DNA of 29,619 nucleotides, taken from Octopus bimaculoides (taxonomy: Eukaryota). Within the stretch, counting starts at the first letter, position 1; each line of letters begins with the position of its first letter. The translations under genes and the position numbers were made by a program. The notes under the pieces are model-generated. The model made no database searches. It saw only the letters and a program-made list of their open reading frames with translations, and had not been told where the DNA came from. The stretch is from contig NC_068984.1 of assembly GCF_001194135.2 (NCBI RefSeq), positions 31,196,160-31,225,778 of the forward strand, written 5' to 3'. This document shows, in pieces, positions 1-12,690 of the stretch.

Positions 1-245
1 ATCATTTGACTAGGAGAGTAGGTAATTGCAGATGATAAACAGAGGTGGAAAAGAGAAAGAAGGAAACATACAATGGGGGAGGAAGTGTGAGGGATGTGAC
101 AACATTTTTATCTTTCGTAATGAATATGATTGAATAAAGGTGTATGTTATATAAGAATTGTTTCCAAATGACTGCTAATTTGCTAGTGTTGTTTACAACT
201 GATTTGTCAAAAGCTTTTCAAACATTTTAAATTCATTATATTCAG

Positions 246-338
246 AAAAGGACTTCATTAAAATTTGATTCAAAAACCATAATAGATCTTGCTGAATTCA
301 GGAGTGATTTTCTTTCAAAGCACTCCTTGATTCTGGAG
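246..338 (+). CDS. Candidate exon KRTSLKFDSKTIIDLAEFRSDFLSKHSLILE
   Basis: Acceptor ttatattcag, 31 open codons in phase 0; the end assumes a GC donor (gag|gcaaat). Confidence 0.35.
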
Positions 339-843
339 GCAAATAAGATTTGGAGATCATATATTTGTCAACAATGTGTTTGTGCATATATAAACACACA
401 CTTATGTTTTCTAATTACAATCCTTACAACTGCAAACCAATTAATATTACACAAAATGAGCTTGTCATTCTTGGGTTGACTTTGTAAGTAACCTTCCATA
501 ACTACATCAATTGTTTATATCAAAATATAAAAAAGAAATGTTTCAGAAAAGAAGGGACACTTATAACTAGAAAAAAATTATGCAATTACAGTTCATTTTT
601 GAATTATTGCCTCTTATTTGGCATTCTGTCATTGATTACTGAGTTTTTTCATTTCTTTTTGAAAGGGTCTGCTTCATGTCTTTCTATCTATCATGACAAC
701 ATGATAAATATTCTGCTAACATAAAAGATTTACTTATGTATTTCTATTTGAGAGGAGACAGCATCAACAATGAAGTAATTTGAATTTGGCCAAAATATCG
801 ATTTTATAGTATGACAGTTTACATCTATTCATTTCTCATGTAG

Positions 844-904
844 GGCTGATACCTGTGAAACAGAATAGATGATACCACTTAGTCTTGGAAGCTGATGCTA
901 AAAG
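844..904 (+). pseudogene. Candidate exon GLIPVKQNR*YHLVLEADAK with in-frame TGA at 870-872
   Basis: Acceptor tttctcatgtag, weak donor ag|gtggta. All three frames contain a stop; the frame shown joins the next exon in phase. Confidence 0.3.
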
Positions 905-963
905 GTGGTACATTCCACAATTAATGACCTTGCTTGATGAAATATGTTTGTCCTTCATGGCAG

Positions 964-1066
964 ATTCAGGAAATGTTGTGATAAATTAGGATGGTCTCCT
1001 ACATGTCTTAAAAATCTTTGGCATCCAGATTTCAGAAATTTATATGGTTCAGTGTGCCCTAACTTG
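964..1066 (+). CDS. Candidate exon FRKCCDKLGWSPTCLKNLWHPDFRNLYGSVCPNL
   Basis: Acceptor tttgtccttcatggcag, donor ttg|gtatga, 34 open codons with protein-like composition. Confidence 0.5.
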
Positions 1067-1599
1067 GTATGAAATCTCAAAACTGAGTTTTATATACTGC
1101 ATGATATTTTGAAAACAAAGTATGTGGAAATTACTTTCAACTTCTTTTAACATGAGTCCAGTGTTTAAAGAATACGAAGGATATTTCTGAAGTAGAAATA
1201 ACTGTGAATATTATTAAAGATGTCCACTTTAATATGGACGGTTAATTTTCTGGGGTAGGAACCTATTGAACTTCAGCCTTTTGGAAGCTTATCTTGAAGC
1301 ATGCTAATTTAAATGCAATGAACCAGGAGCTTCTAGTATACTATACTACTGAAGCGCTGTTTTGTGATTACACGAATCATTAACATAATGAGATTTGTAG
1401 ATGTTTGTAGAAGAAAAAAAAAAAATCAATTATGTCAACGTTAGCATGGTTTTAACTCATAACTCTTTATAATTCTTATCTAGAGAACAACTCATACATG
1501 AGATAATCTTGTCTGGTATTCTAATACAGAGACAGTCTTCTAATTCCAAGATCTTTTTTTTTTTTAAACTTGAATGTTATTTTGTTTGTCTCCTTGTAG

Positions 1600-1680
1600 T
1601 TGCAATACTGTGTTACTGAATGTATTTATCACCATGATTTGATTACTTATTGAAGTCTTTGAAATTTCAGAAGTTTCAAA
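1600..1680 (+). pseudogene. Candidate exon LQYCVTECIYHHDLITY*SL*NFRSFK (TGA at 1651 and 1660)
   Basis: Strong acceptor tttgtttgtctccttgtag, phase 0 matching the previous exon; weak donor gttatc. Confidence 0.35.
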
Positions 1681-1759
1681 GTTATCTAGTTTTGCTTAGT
1701 TTTCTGGGATTTCTTGTTTATTATTATTTTCATTATTTTTGTTATTTACATGTGTGAAT

Positions 1760-2000
1760 GAGTGTATATATGTGTAAGTGTATTTGTGTGTATATTTATA
1801 TATAAACATACGTATGTTTATAGATGTGTTTGTATATGCATTTATATGTACACACATATATATACACACACATATATATATATACATATATATACATACA
1901 TATATATATATATATACATATGTATATATTTAATACACACACAAAGATACATACTTAAAATACATATACATATATATATATGTATGCATATGTGTATATG

Positions 2001-2031
<31 letters not shown>

Positions 2032-2053
2032 ATGTATATATGTATGCATATGC

Positions 2054-2106
<53 letters not shown>

Positions 2107-2110
2107 CATG

Positions 2111-2160
<50 letters not shown>

Positions 2161-2420
2161 TCTATNNNNNNNNNNNNNNNNNNNNNNNNNNNNNNNNNNN
2201 NNNNNNNNNNNNNNNNNNNNNNNNNNNNNNNNNNNNNNNNNNNNNNNNNNNNNNNNNNNNNNNNNNNNNNNNNNNNNNNNNNNNNNNNNNNNNNNNNNNN
2301 NNNNNNNNNNNNNNNNNNNNNNNNNNNNNNNNNNNNNNNNNNNNNNNNNNNNNNNNNNNNNNNNNNNNNNNNNNNNNNNNNNNNNNNNNNNNNNNTATAT
2401 ATATATATATATATATATAT
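1760..2420. repeat. Compound (TA)n/(CA)n/(TG)n microsatellite spanning an assembly gap (N 2166-2395)
   Basis: Seen directly; it explains the Y/I-rich ORFs. Confidence 0.95.
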
Positions 2421-2980
2421 GTACGTATGCATAGTTTTTCAATATCATTTGATAATCATTTTCATTCATACAGCTAGTAACCATGAAATATTGCAGTTCA
2501 TGATAATTTATATCAATTGCAGAAATATTCTTGCTTCTATGTATAAATATCTTTAGAAAGCTACTGTTTGCTTTTTTTTTTTGTTTATGCTTTATCCATT
2601 TCTGTCTTTCATTCTGTCATATGATATATAAACATGGCTGCTGCTTATTTTATAATCTCTTGATATCCAATTATTAATGCTTAGTCCGAATCTTTTACTG
2701 ATAATGACTATATAATATTTCTCTCAAACAAGAAACAAGAAATATAAAACAGAAATAAAAAAAAATATTTCTAATAAAATTAAAATATCCATAATCTAAG
2801 AGAAATTTTATAGTGAAATTCTCTGAGACTCAAGTAAAATAAAAGACAAATATGTAAAATATATAACCGGAAAAGTTGTTTGAAATTCTTGCTTCACAAC
2901 CTGGTACTTATTTCTGAATTAGATCAATTTATGTATGCATTTATGTATGTATGTATGTATGTATGTATGTATGTTATCAA

Positions 2981-3112
2981 TCAGTTTCATTTCTGTATTT
3001 CTTGTCCATAGAGAAAGAGCCGGACTCTAACATAGATTCAAGGCTCCTTCATTGGAACTTTTATCAACATCATTTAGGTATTTGTGCATATGTGTGTGTG
3101 TGCAGTATTTGG
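2981..3112 (-). repeat. Interspersed repeat terminus with hammerhead-like fold, copy 1
   Basis: Reverse complement aligns with 18499-18635 (shared ccaaatactgcaca, ttccaatgaaggag, ctctttctc, caagaaat). Confidence 0.7.
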
Positions 3113-3169
3113 TGTTAGTGTATGCACAGATTTGTATGTTTGTTTTATGGATGCGTTTTTATGTCTAGA

Positions 3170-3572
<403 letters not shown>

Positions 3573-3870
3573 GGGAGAGAGGGAGTAAATCCAAAAAAGA
3601 ATAAACACAAAAAAACAACAACGTGAGGACGTGGTACATGTAAAGTATTAGCAGACGCTCAGGGAAGGAAAGAAAGATGGTTCCTAACACCAACCACCCC
3701 AAGAGTGTAATAGATGCTTTTAAGTGCCACCGGCACAGGTGCTATTTGTGTCACACTGGTATCTGTCATGATGTCACATAAATGGCATACTGTATACATA
3801 TATACATACTTATATATACATACACAGACACACACATACACACACACATGCACTCAAACACACCATCATA

Positions 3871-4582
3871 CAGGGTGTGTCGGCTTTTTGAGGACACCTC
3901 TTTCAAAAGTTCTAATATTTTTCTTACTTGTATTGTTTGTATTTTACTTTCCAAACAAATAATGTCAGACATCCGGTTGACTCAGCAAATGAAAACGCAT
4001 GCTGTAATCATTTCCTTAAATGCACAACATTGTGATATAGAGATAGCTTGCTTCTTGAAAGTTGCTTGGTCTTTCATTGTTAAAGTTTGAAAGGAATTGG
4101 AGGATGCTGATAGGGATTCAGCATCAGTACATTAATTCAAAATACATGCACATGGTTTTAATACCACCAGAGAACATAACTTTGCACTGAAGTCCAAGAA
4201 ATAATTAACAAAATCCCCAGAAAGACATTTAGAGCCATTACAAAGAATTTCAAGATTTCAGAACACAATCAATCAGAAGAGCTGTGCATGGCAACATCTG
4301 GTACAAACTGTATATAATGTCAGTTTATGCTAGATGTCAACAGAGAAATTTTTGATCCATACAAAATGCTTGCAAAATAAGTTAAAACATCAAGTGGCTG
4401 GAATGCTTTGGCTTTTCTCTGATGAGAAAAACTTCAATCAGAACCAAAAGGTAAACTGAAGGAATGACCGATGGTTGTGCAGACACCTGAATGAGGTTCC
4501 AATCGCCATTGTTACTAAATTCTTGGTACCTGTTATGGTTCTAAGAGTCACCAGCAATGAGGGAGATGTCATGCCTTCTTTT
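3871..4582 (+). mobile_element. Tc1/mariner superfamily, maT (DD37D)-like transposon remnant: 5' TIR and N-terminal part of a disabled transposase
   Basis: TA then cagggtgt terminus at 3869-3878; ATG at 3962 MSDIRLTQQMKTHAVIISL...EIACFLKVAWSFIVKV*; later KLKHQVAGMLWLFSDEKNFNQNQKVN*RNDRWLC...VMVLRVTSNEGDVMP, matching the maT FSDEK/NDRWL/VMVLGV.SNEG.VMP motifs. Stops and frameshifts present; ends at a SINE. Confidence 0.85.
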
Positions 4583-4737
4583 GATCAACCCCAGTACACA
4601 ACAGGCACTTAATTTATCGACCCCAAAAGGATTGAAGGCAAAGTCGACCTTGGCAAAATTTGAACTCAGAACATAAAGACAGATGAAATACCAATAAGCA
4701 TTTCATCCGGTATGCTAATGTTTCTGCCAGCTCGCTG
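4583..4737 (-). mobile_element. tRNA-derived SINE, head and body
   Basis: Minus strand reads gcgagctggcagaaacattagca (A-box like) and gagttcaaatt (B-box like), then aggtcgactttgccttcaatccttttggggtcgataaatt. Confidence 0.75.
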
Positions 4738-4749
4738 CTTTGTCAATAT

Positions 4750-5160
4750 TACTTACACCCCAATGGCCCTTTTGCAACTATTGTTTCCACTTCCTTCAGT
4801 CTACCTCATAAAGAATCTTCTATCTTACACACTTATCCTTCATTCACCAATCTCACACACATTTACACATGGTCTCTCATTCATTACTTTCCTCATTGTT
4901 ATGTACACAAACGCACGCATGAATAATCACGATCACCATCATTTCTACCTTTAACAAACTACTTCTTCAGTATATGCCCAACATTAGCTTCTGACCTGCA
5001 TGAATTTCATTTACAAGAGACTATTTAATCTCACATAATTCCATTCTGCAATTAGTCACCCTGCCTTTTATTCTACCAGCATATGCTCATTTTTTGCCAT
5101 CTATATAATTTTTCACTCTTTTCCATTCATCCTTCTTGACAAAGAACAATTCTCTGTAGT
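4750..5160 (+). mobile_element. Decayed RTE 3' UTR fragment
   Basis: Pyrimidine-rich; shares tatgcccaacatt with the RTE 3' UTR at 19230-19250 (opposite strand). Confidence 0.4.
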
Positions 5161-5415
5161 GTTATCTCTAACTACACAGCATAAAAGGCATTGACTTTGT
5201 AGTCCAATTCATTGTATTTTGTAGATGTGTGTGCGTGTCTGGTGTATGTGTGCATGTGTTGTTCATAATTTGCTTTTGGTTTATTAAAGTTGACGTGTTG
5301 TCTACATTATGTATGTTAAGACTGTGTTATCTAATTGTTTTCCCATGCAGATGTCATTTCTAGGTAATTTTCCTTGGTGTGTCTGATCTATGAACCTCTG
5401 CTTATATTCTTTAAG

Positions 5416-5987
5416 TCTTTTCTGGAACTACTGAGTGAACTGTTGTCACATATGGTAATAGAAACAATAAAATAACATCTGAACTTCTAAATTAATATTA
5501 GAAAAAAGAAAAATCAGATCTAAAATGATAAAGAGCTTGAGAGCAGTCTGGCATGACAGTGGGGAAATTTTACTAGAATTAGAATACATTTGGTTCTGTT
5601 GGGGTTTATTAAAGCGATAATAAGAAACTGACACTAATGTAGTGCTCATTAGGATTTTTCATTCCAAGTGGATAATTGATCAAAATTTCATCTCAGCTTT
5701 AAGGAATTAATGAGGAGACTGAAGGTATTCTTTTATTGTTTGAATCAAAAAAATTCCAAATAATTATTTTTCCAATGGCAAATATTTTTAAAATAAATGA
5801 TCAGTGATCTCTTGTGATGTAAGCTTAATATCCAAAACAAGAAGGGAAGTGAATTGAAAGCATGACTCACACCTTACATCCAGGCTAACTTAGTATGATA
5901 TTTTTTCATTCAGATAATGTTTTGACCACTGATATCTAATATCTCATTATCTTTTGGGTTTCATGATCATACCGTATACTATGGCAG
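5416..5987 (+). pseudogene. Three phase-linked candidate exons: 5416-5454 SFLELLSELLSHM; 5653-5724 DFSFQVDN*SKFHLSFKELMRRLK; 5914-5987 IMF*PLISNISLSFGFHDHTVYYG
   Basis: Boundaries ctttaag|...atg|gtaata, cattag|...aag|gtattc, tttttcattcag|...cag|gtacgt; phases 0-0, 0-0, 0-2; TGA at 5677 and 5923. Confidence 0.45.
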
Positions 5988-6844
5988 GTACGTAAGACAG
6001 AGTCCATTACTCATCACACTACTTAACTACAGCATTATATTTATATGTACACAAAATGCTTTCACTTCCAATAGAGAGAAAATAATAATGTATGTACAGT
6101 AGCCATCATACTTTTTGCAAAAGCATCTGGTAATGAGTGAGTAGTAAAACTGCTCCATCTGAGAATTGAATCTGTCACACGACTTAGCTTGCCAACAGCT
6201 TGCTACCAATTTATGATGCTGATAATGACTGAAATTAGAAAACATTAAAGAAGATCAATAAGGTAAAGCCAATCTCAAACACAGCAATATAACAATGACA
6301 TTTTTATTGGAGACTGGCTGAGATTCAGCTTTTTTTTCCATTTCTTTCTCAGGGTACTTTCTTGTGTGTGCATGATAGTTAATACAAGAAGATAAAAACA
6401 GAAAGCTATCAACAATGTAATGCATAGCTGTGCTGCCTCAGCATTAGCAGAAAGCTAAATTACTAGGGTGTTTTTTCACTAAAATTTCATTGACATTTGT
6501 TTAAAACCAATGCAATTTTGATATCAAAAATAAAATAAAACTTAAGATAATCGAAGATGTGGATTCAGTTCAGATTTAATCAATCGCTGCTGTTTTCACC
6601 TATTCTTCTCTCTGTATTCCTCTGTGCTTTTTCTCTGTTAACTGAATATTTTCCCATAATAGTATCTTTTTTTCTCTTAGAGCCTACCATAGTAAAATCC
6701 AGATTAGATCTTCTTAAAGGAATGATCTCTACAACACTCATCTCTATGATTTAGAGATTATGGTTTTCATTAATGCATGTTTGTAGAGTGTGCATGCTGA
6801 TTGTTGGTTTTTGAGTTAAAGATGAATTAAATGTTTCTGTATAG

Positions 6845-6908
6845 ATTCTTGTTTGCATACATTGGATAATGTAGCTCCAGATATAGAATCTATCTTGAGA
6901 ATAGTGGG
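6845..6908 (+). CDS. Candidate exon SCLHTLDNVAPDIESILRIV
   Basis: Acceptor tttctgtatag, donor gg|gtaatc, open in phase 1. Confidence 0.35.
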
Positions 6909-7035
6909 GTAATCAAGGGTTTGTTCAGTCAGGGCTAACCAGGAGCTGAACAACTTCAACAAGAGATGATAATCATGTTACTTCTAGTGATAAGCTTTAT
7001 CTACCTCAACGATACATATTAACAGCAATCTTTCA

Positions 7036-7467
7036 TCTCTTCATTTATCTTTTACTTGTTTCAGTCATTTGACTGCGGTCATGCTGGGGCACTGCATTGA
7101 AGAGTTTTAGTCAAACAAATCGATCCCAGGACTTATTACTTTTTGAAGCCTAGTACTTATTTTATTGGTCTCTTTTGCTGAACTGCTATGTTACAGGAAC
7201 AGAAGCACATGAACACCGGTTATCAAGTGGTAGTGGAGGAACAAACACAGACACAAAGAAACACACACACACATAGATACACATGCACACACTCATACAC
7301 ATACACACATACACATATGGCAAGCTTCTTCTAGTTTCCATCTACCAAATCCACTCACAAAGATTTGGTTAGCCTCAGGCTATAGTAGAAGACACTTACT
7401 CAAAATGCTATGGAGTGGGACTGAAACTGGAACCATGTGGTTAGGAAGCAAGCTTCTTGTCACACAG
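7036..7467 (-). mobile_element. Near full-length tRNA-derived SINE with internal (TG)n
   Basis: Minus-strand head ctgtgtgacaagaagcttgcttcc...ggttccagtttcagtccc, body agtgtcttctactatagcc, tail gcagtcaaatgactgaaacaagtaaaaga. Other copies at 13350, 22914, 23195 and 26652. Confidence 0.8.
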
Positions 7468-7927
7468 TGATGTTTGCACATATGTGGAATACTTTGCTGT
7501 ATGTTTACCTCATTGGGACATATTTACAAATAAGTGCATCCTCAATCATTCATACAATGCAACAGTTATGCCGGAAAAGCGAAAGAATCTGATGAGCCAA
7601 TTGGCAGGGGTTCATGATTGTGAAGAGGTCTACTCACCTTATGGGGCCCTGTTGTAAAATAAACACATTTTTTAAAGTAATGGTGATGGTGGTGGTGGTG
7701 TGGTGGTTATAGTAGTAGTATCAGTAGCAGCAGCAGGTGCAGGTATAATACTAGAAACAGTAATAGCTGTATAATGGATTTTGGTCAGAATATCTGACCA
7801 TGTGTGTTCAGTTGTTTGATCATGCTCATTTAATTAGCATGCAAATGGCTGAGTATTCCGTAGACATGTATATCCTGATCCTAATCCTCCCTCCGATTTG
7901 TTGTGACTCAGTGTATGACAAAACTAG

Positions 7928-8808
7928 GGTTCTATGAATTACATGCACGATTCATCTGTCAGGTTTACTAATTTCACTCACAAGGCTATAGCAAAAAATT
8001 TATGCTATAGTAAATACAAAAAAACTTGCCCAAAATATCAGTCAGTGAGAGTGTACCCTCAAGGTTATGACAGAGAAAGGTATTTCTTAACCATCTTACC
8101 ATATTGCTTTGCATTAACAGCCGCATCAGTAGGGAAATAGTTGTCATAACAGAAAGGAAATATTAATTATTATAAGTATATCTTATAATATTGGTACATT
8201 CTAAAAGTGAATGCAAGACAATGGCAAACACAGACCAGTTTAATGCTAACAAAGCTTTACAGAATATTTGAGAGAAAGAAACATATGATCTTTTCCATGT
8301 TCTGGTTTAGAATTTGCTTATATATTTATTTATTGTATTTTATAATTAAACTAGAAATCGGGAAGATATTTTCTTCCATCATTTATTTTGATATGTTTGA
8401 TTCAGAAAACTATTATTCTCTTGAATTACTTTGCCATTTTTTTAATATTATTTGCAAGACAAATACCTGAAAGGTATGGCAAGCATGCTTTCAAACAGCA
8501 GACGTTGTTGCTTCATTCAATTCCATAACAAAAAAAAAAAAATCAATAAAAGAAGGAAAATCAAAGTCTCTCATTTGTATGTGTTAACATGTGAATATTT
8601 GTGTCAAAAGCATTTGATCTATATCAGAATTTAGAATTGCTTTAAGATTTGCTTGCCTTTGAGGAAAAGTGTTCTCATAACAGGGTGTCAATATTTGGCT
8701 TGAATCAATGATTGCGCATATGAGAATGTTGAAAATCCTGCTCTATATCATGGCATGACATGGCATACAAGAACAAGAAGAATGATGACTAATTACTTTT
8801 GTAATATA
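7928..8808 (+). pseudogene. Candidate exon cluster 7928-8079, 8208-8304, 8406-8473, 8647-8808
   Basis: 7928-8079 is open for 50 codons to aag|gtattt. 8208-8304 joins in phase (TGA at 8269) but another frame is also open. 8406-8473 ends at aag|gtatgg. 8647-8808 reads ICLPLRKSVLITGCQYLA*INDCAYENVENPALYHGMTWHTRTRRMMTNYFCNI (TGA at 8701). Frames are partly ambiguous. Confidence 0.35.
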
Positions 8809-8883
8809 GTAAATTCAATCTTTTTTGTCTCATTTATATTTATTATTTTACCTATTTTTACCTAACTGTGCAAGAAAGTTTAT

Positions 8884-9055
8884 TCATCATCATCATCATG
8901 TTCCATGTTTGCATGCGTTGGGCAGTTTGATAAGTATTCAATGTGTCGAAGGAATGCTCCAGTGATTGCTTTGGCATAGTTTTTGTGGTTGGATGTCCTT
9001 CTTAATGCCAAATACTTTTACAGTTTGTTCTGGGTGCTTTTGTCATGCTACCCAG
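8884..9055 (-). mobile_element. RTE 3' tail fragment with (GAT)n end
   Basis: (cat)n followed by ttggatgtccttcttaatgccaa...tttacag...gggtgcttt, similar to 18850-18915. Confidence 0.6.
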
Positions 9056-9250
9056 CTGGCAAAAATGAGTAGCACCTCTATTTCAAAGGGCCAGCCTTGT
9101 CACACTTTATGTAAATCTCCCTGAGAGCTATGTTAAGGGCACACGTGTCTGTGGAATTGCTCAGCCACATGCATCTTAATTTCATGAGCAAGCTGTTCTG
9201 TTGATTAGATCAGCTGGAACATTTGTTGTCATAACTGATAGTGTCACCAG
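9056..9250 (+). mobile_element. SINE-like body fragment of a second family
   Basis: gtgtctgtggaattgctcagccacatgcatcttaattt resembles the reverse complement of 7830-7870. Confidence 0.4.
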
Positions 9251-9289
9251 TGACTATTGAGGTCACTGTGTAGCTCACAAGTCAGGGAG

Positions 9290-9800
9290 GAGGATGTCAC
9301 ATCCGTATGTTAGGATGGGGGTTAAGGTAGGGTTTGGGGTAGAGCAGGTTCTCATTGTAGAGGAGTTACGTGGCTATCCACATTTAGAGAAAGAGTGAGA
9401 ATGGAGTTATCTCGAAGGAGATAGCAAGGTAGTGGATGGAGAGAGTGATGGTTTGCAAAGTGCATAGAAGAAGAGATAGGGAAGAGGGAGAAGGATGTAA
9501 GCAACATCTGTAAAGATTCAGGAAGGGTTAAGGGGAAGGTGATGCACAATTTGGGATACTAATGGCTACTAGTAGTAGTGTAGTAATGATACTGTTGACA
9601 GGAGGGAGAAGAGAGAGGACATGTTTGAGTAGACATACATATTAGAGGAATTAGATGCAGTGTGAAAGAGAGAAGACTTTGATGGTAGAGTCATGTGATG
9701 AATATGAGTGAGAGCAGCAGTATAAAGAAGAGTAAACTGTTAAATCCAGAAGGGATGAGACAAAGAAGTGAAGACTGATCTCATGATATTGAAGCTCACA
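9290..9800 (-). mobile_element. Decayed RTE 3' UTR fragment
   Basis: Purine-rich composition on + resembling 19140-19870. Confidence 0.35.
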
Positions 9801-10286
9801 AAAAAAAAGGATGAATCTGATTAGCACTTCACTGCATCTGAGAAAACCTGCCCATCTTTATGAAAGTAAAACCCTAAAATGCATTATATTTATGCCTATA
9901 CACTTACTTTGTCCTGTTCCATCATTAAGTTTGTCCATGTCAAGCCTTCCACACCTTTTGTTTTCTTAATATCTGTCTCTCCACTCTTCTAAATACACCA
10001 CTATCCAGCTACTGTAATCATATGAGAGCAGAACATGTACAAATCTTATCCATTGTAATATGTTTTCTCCCCCTCACCCTTGAACTACTTCCTTTTACAA
10101 TCAATTCCTCCCGTAATACTCTATCTGGCAGATACACATGATGTGTTCAAACCATCACTATCTGTTTCTCAGAGCTATTCACTTATATAGATAACATTTG
10201 TCAACTCTCTCATTACTTCATTTCTTACATATTCCTACCATCAGATGCCTAAAATTATTCTTAATGTTTTGTTTTTGAAAATGCAG

Positions 10287-10694
10287 AAAAATCTGATTAT
10301 GGCTTCATTGTCATACTCAAATGCTTTCCTATAAACTACCACTGATCTAATCTGTGAGAAATTGAACCATCCTCTGATATAGGTTATTAATCTCTGAAAC
10401 TTCATGACTTTAGTTAGACAGCATATCCATCACTTGATGCCCTCTCCTTACTCATTCAGTAGTACAGAACCTTGAAATCACAAGTGTTGCACCTTACTGA
10501 ATTCACAAATCTTTAGTAAGTAAAGTCATCCTTCAAAACATTAGAGAAATAGATAAAAAGATATCACATGTGATTTTTCCCATCAGTTTGGTATGTTCAA
10601 TTTCAAACCATGATAATGCATAAATGTTAGAACATACATCAACCTAAAGATGATTGAGGAATCTAAGAAATCAAAGCATAGAGGAAAATACAAA
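10287..10694 (+). pseudogene. Phase-linked candidate exons: 10287-10382 KSDYGFIVILKCFPINYH*SNL*EIEPSSDI; 10463-10590 VQNLEITSVAPY*IHKSLVSKVILQNIREIDKKISHVIFPISL; 10650-10694 MIEESKKSKHRGKYK
   Basis: Acceptors ttttgaaaatgcag and cttactcattcagtag (NAGNAG), donor ttg|gtatgt; TGA at 10343, 10355 and 10498. Confidence 0.45.
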
Positions 10695-10894
10695 GTATCA
10701 GTTCTTTGGCTAGTATTGTTTTTCTATTATCTGATATTCTTTGGTTGTTCTATGCTATAGTATTTGTGTTCGTGTGTGTCTCTGGGTAAATATGTTTAGA
10801 GACAGTTTATGTCTGCATATGCGCTTGTAGCATGTATATGTGCTAGTATGTATGTGTGCATTGAGCTGTCATGTGATACAGCTTTGCATTATAG

Positions 10895-11049
10895 AGAGAA
10901 GACAAGACACCAACTGATAATTAATGGACAGAGAAGATTACAAGATACTTTCATCTTTTGCTCTGAGCCAATCCTAGATAGGAATAAAGCTCAGATTGTT
11001 ATATCTAGAAAAGAGACTCATATATTTGGAAGTGCAGTCAGGAAATTGT
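10895..11049 (+). CDS. Candidate exon EKTRHQLIINGQRRLQDTFIFCSEPILDRNKAQIVISRKETHIFGSAVRKL
   Basis: Acceptor ctttgcattatag, consensus donor t|gtaagt, 51 open codons; an inverted paralogue lies near 12880-13070. Could instead be an old repeat. Confidence 0.35.
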
Positions 11050-12389
11050 GTAAGTTACCAGTAATAGTTTCTTGTCTAAATTATTGGTAATTGTGTTTAA
11101 TGGTAGCTTTGTAGTCAACCATCAGTAAATAGTGTGTCTCGAGGAAGAAACATGGTTAAATGATTGTGAATCTAAACTTATAAATAATAACTATTTGATG
11201 TTGTGTATGAGAAGAGACTAAAAGAAACACAAATATAAGCACAAGACGATATATATGTACGTGTGTGTATTTAGATATATAAGGAAGGGAAGGCATATTT
11301 ATATCTTTCATGTGTTAAATTTTTTCTAACTTATGCAAGTTGTTGTTTCTACATCTTTAGAAAGTTTTATAATTTGTAAGGACAGGACACATAATTTAGA
11401 AACATATACAACTTTTAATGCAATCCACATAAATTAAACATTGCAATCTGCTTGCCTGTTAAGTTGTATTAATTCAGAGTCATGAAAATGTTATGGTCAT
11501 ATCATGAGACAGTAATGTTTAGGAAGGTTAATGTACCAATAAATCATGAATTGCAGAGGGAAGCAAAGGGCTCTTCGCTATGTTTGTGACTATGACATGA
11601 GAATGAGAAATAATATCTGGATTAAAAAAAAAAAAATCTCAGTTGTTAATAGATTAATTGTTGCATAATTGGTGTGTGCTGCAGTAGCCCCTAAATGTCA
11701 ATGTTGCTCTACATTGCTGGAGGCAGTATACAGTGGGAAGGAGTAATAATCCCTGTGACCTACAGTCAACAGATGATGGAATGAATAACCTGCAGTGCAA
11801 ACTATATGTAATATAGAGAATATGTGATTTAAGAATTAATAGACAGATTATCATCAGGTGCAGTCCCAGGAGTTCTTCAAAGGCAGGGCACAAGGTCAGA
11901 AGGGAATACAGTTCCAGAAGAAAAGGGTCTAATAACATTATTTAAGAGGGTGCACTAGTATTCTTGAGTAGGGCATGTGCCCCCCTACCACCACCTTCTG
12001 TTGACCTATGATCATAGCGTAAAACAAATCACTTACTAACTATATAATTGTGTTCATATTTCATTTGGCTTCTAGTGTGTTGTCTCCCATCATAGTTTAT
12101 CTGGTTGAATACATAGAAAGTATTCATATCATCTCCATTTCTTTCTCAAGAGCCACTTGTATATATAGATAACACTTGTAACCTCTTTCATCTTTTCAAT
12201 TCTTACATGCACCTACCAGCTGATGCTTGAAATTCCCCAAATTAGTTTGTTCTTGAAAGTGTAAAAGTGTCTGGGTAGGATTTCATTGTTGTACTATGAC
12301 ACTTTGCCATCCAATTTCACTGAGTGAACTTATAGGAAAGTTGGTTATACATCATTAGATGTATACCTGACTTTCCTATATAAAATTAA

Positions 12390-12690
12390 TGAATATAACG
12401 GAACGCTGAACTCCAGACTATCAACTTAAACAACACTTTATTTAGGTGGTAAATATATACATCTTTAGCTCTTGTTGTTACAGCTTCTGATTGTGTGAGC
12501 ATAGTTGTTGGGACGTTGTTATGTAGGTGTAAGCGAGCTGTCGAGTGTAAGTCCGAAAGATGGAGAGTGACAACTAAACACGTCCATGCTCTATTGCTGG
12601 CCAGCAAGAAAGAGAATGAATTGAGCGGGAACGCTTGCTTGTTTAATTCCACGTATGCGTGAGATTACGCATGCGCACAGCGTTACTACA
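12390..12690 (-). mobile_element. Probable solo LTR (about 301 bp)
   Basis: Minus strand starts TGTAGTAACG and ends CGTTATATTCA (imperfect terminal inverted repeat, TG...CA). AATAAA lies about 50 nt before the end (tttatt 12437-12442). CpG-rich relative to flanks. TSD not clean. Confidence 0.6.

Noticed and set aside
1172-1260. tacgaagg start resembling a mariner TIR
   Set aside because: No matching second TIR or transposase motif found.
1696-2556. Long ORFs rich in Y, I, C, V, H, T
   Set aside because: Translations of (TA)n/(CA)n microsatellites and N gaps.
4416-4440. CTGATGAG motif
   Set aside because: Encodes the SDEK motif of the maT transposase; no ribozyme stems.
6353-6790. Strong acceptors at 6353 and 6681
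   Set aside because: All frames close with TAA or TAG, or lack a good donor. Left out of the exon model but counted as evidence against a TGA-only pattern.
7587-7615. CTGATGA followed by a gccaattggc hairpin
   Set aside because: No GAAA, stem III or stem I follows; not a hammerhead.
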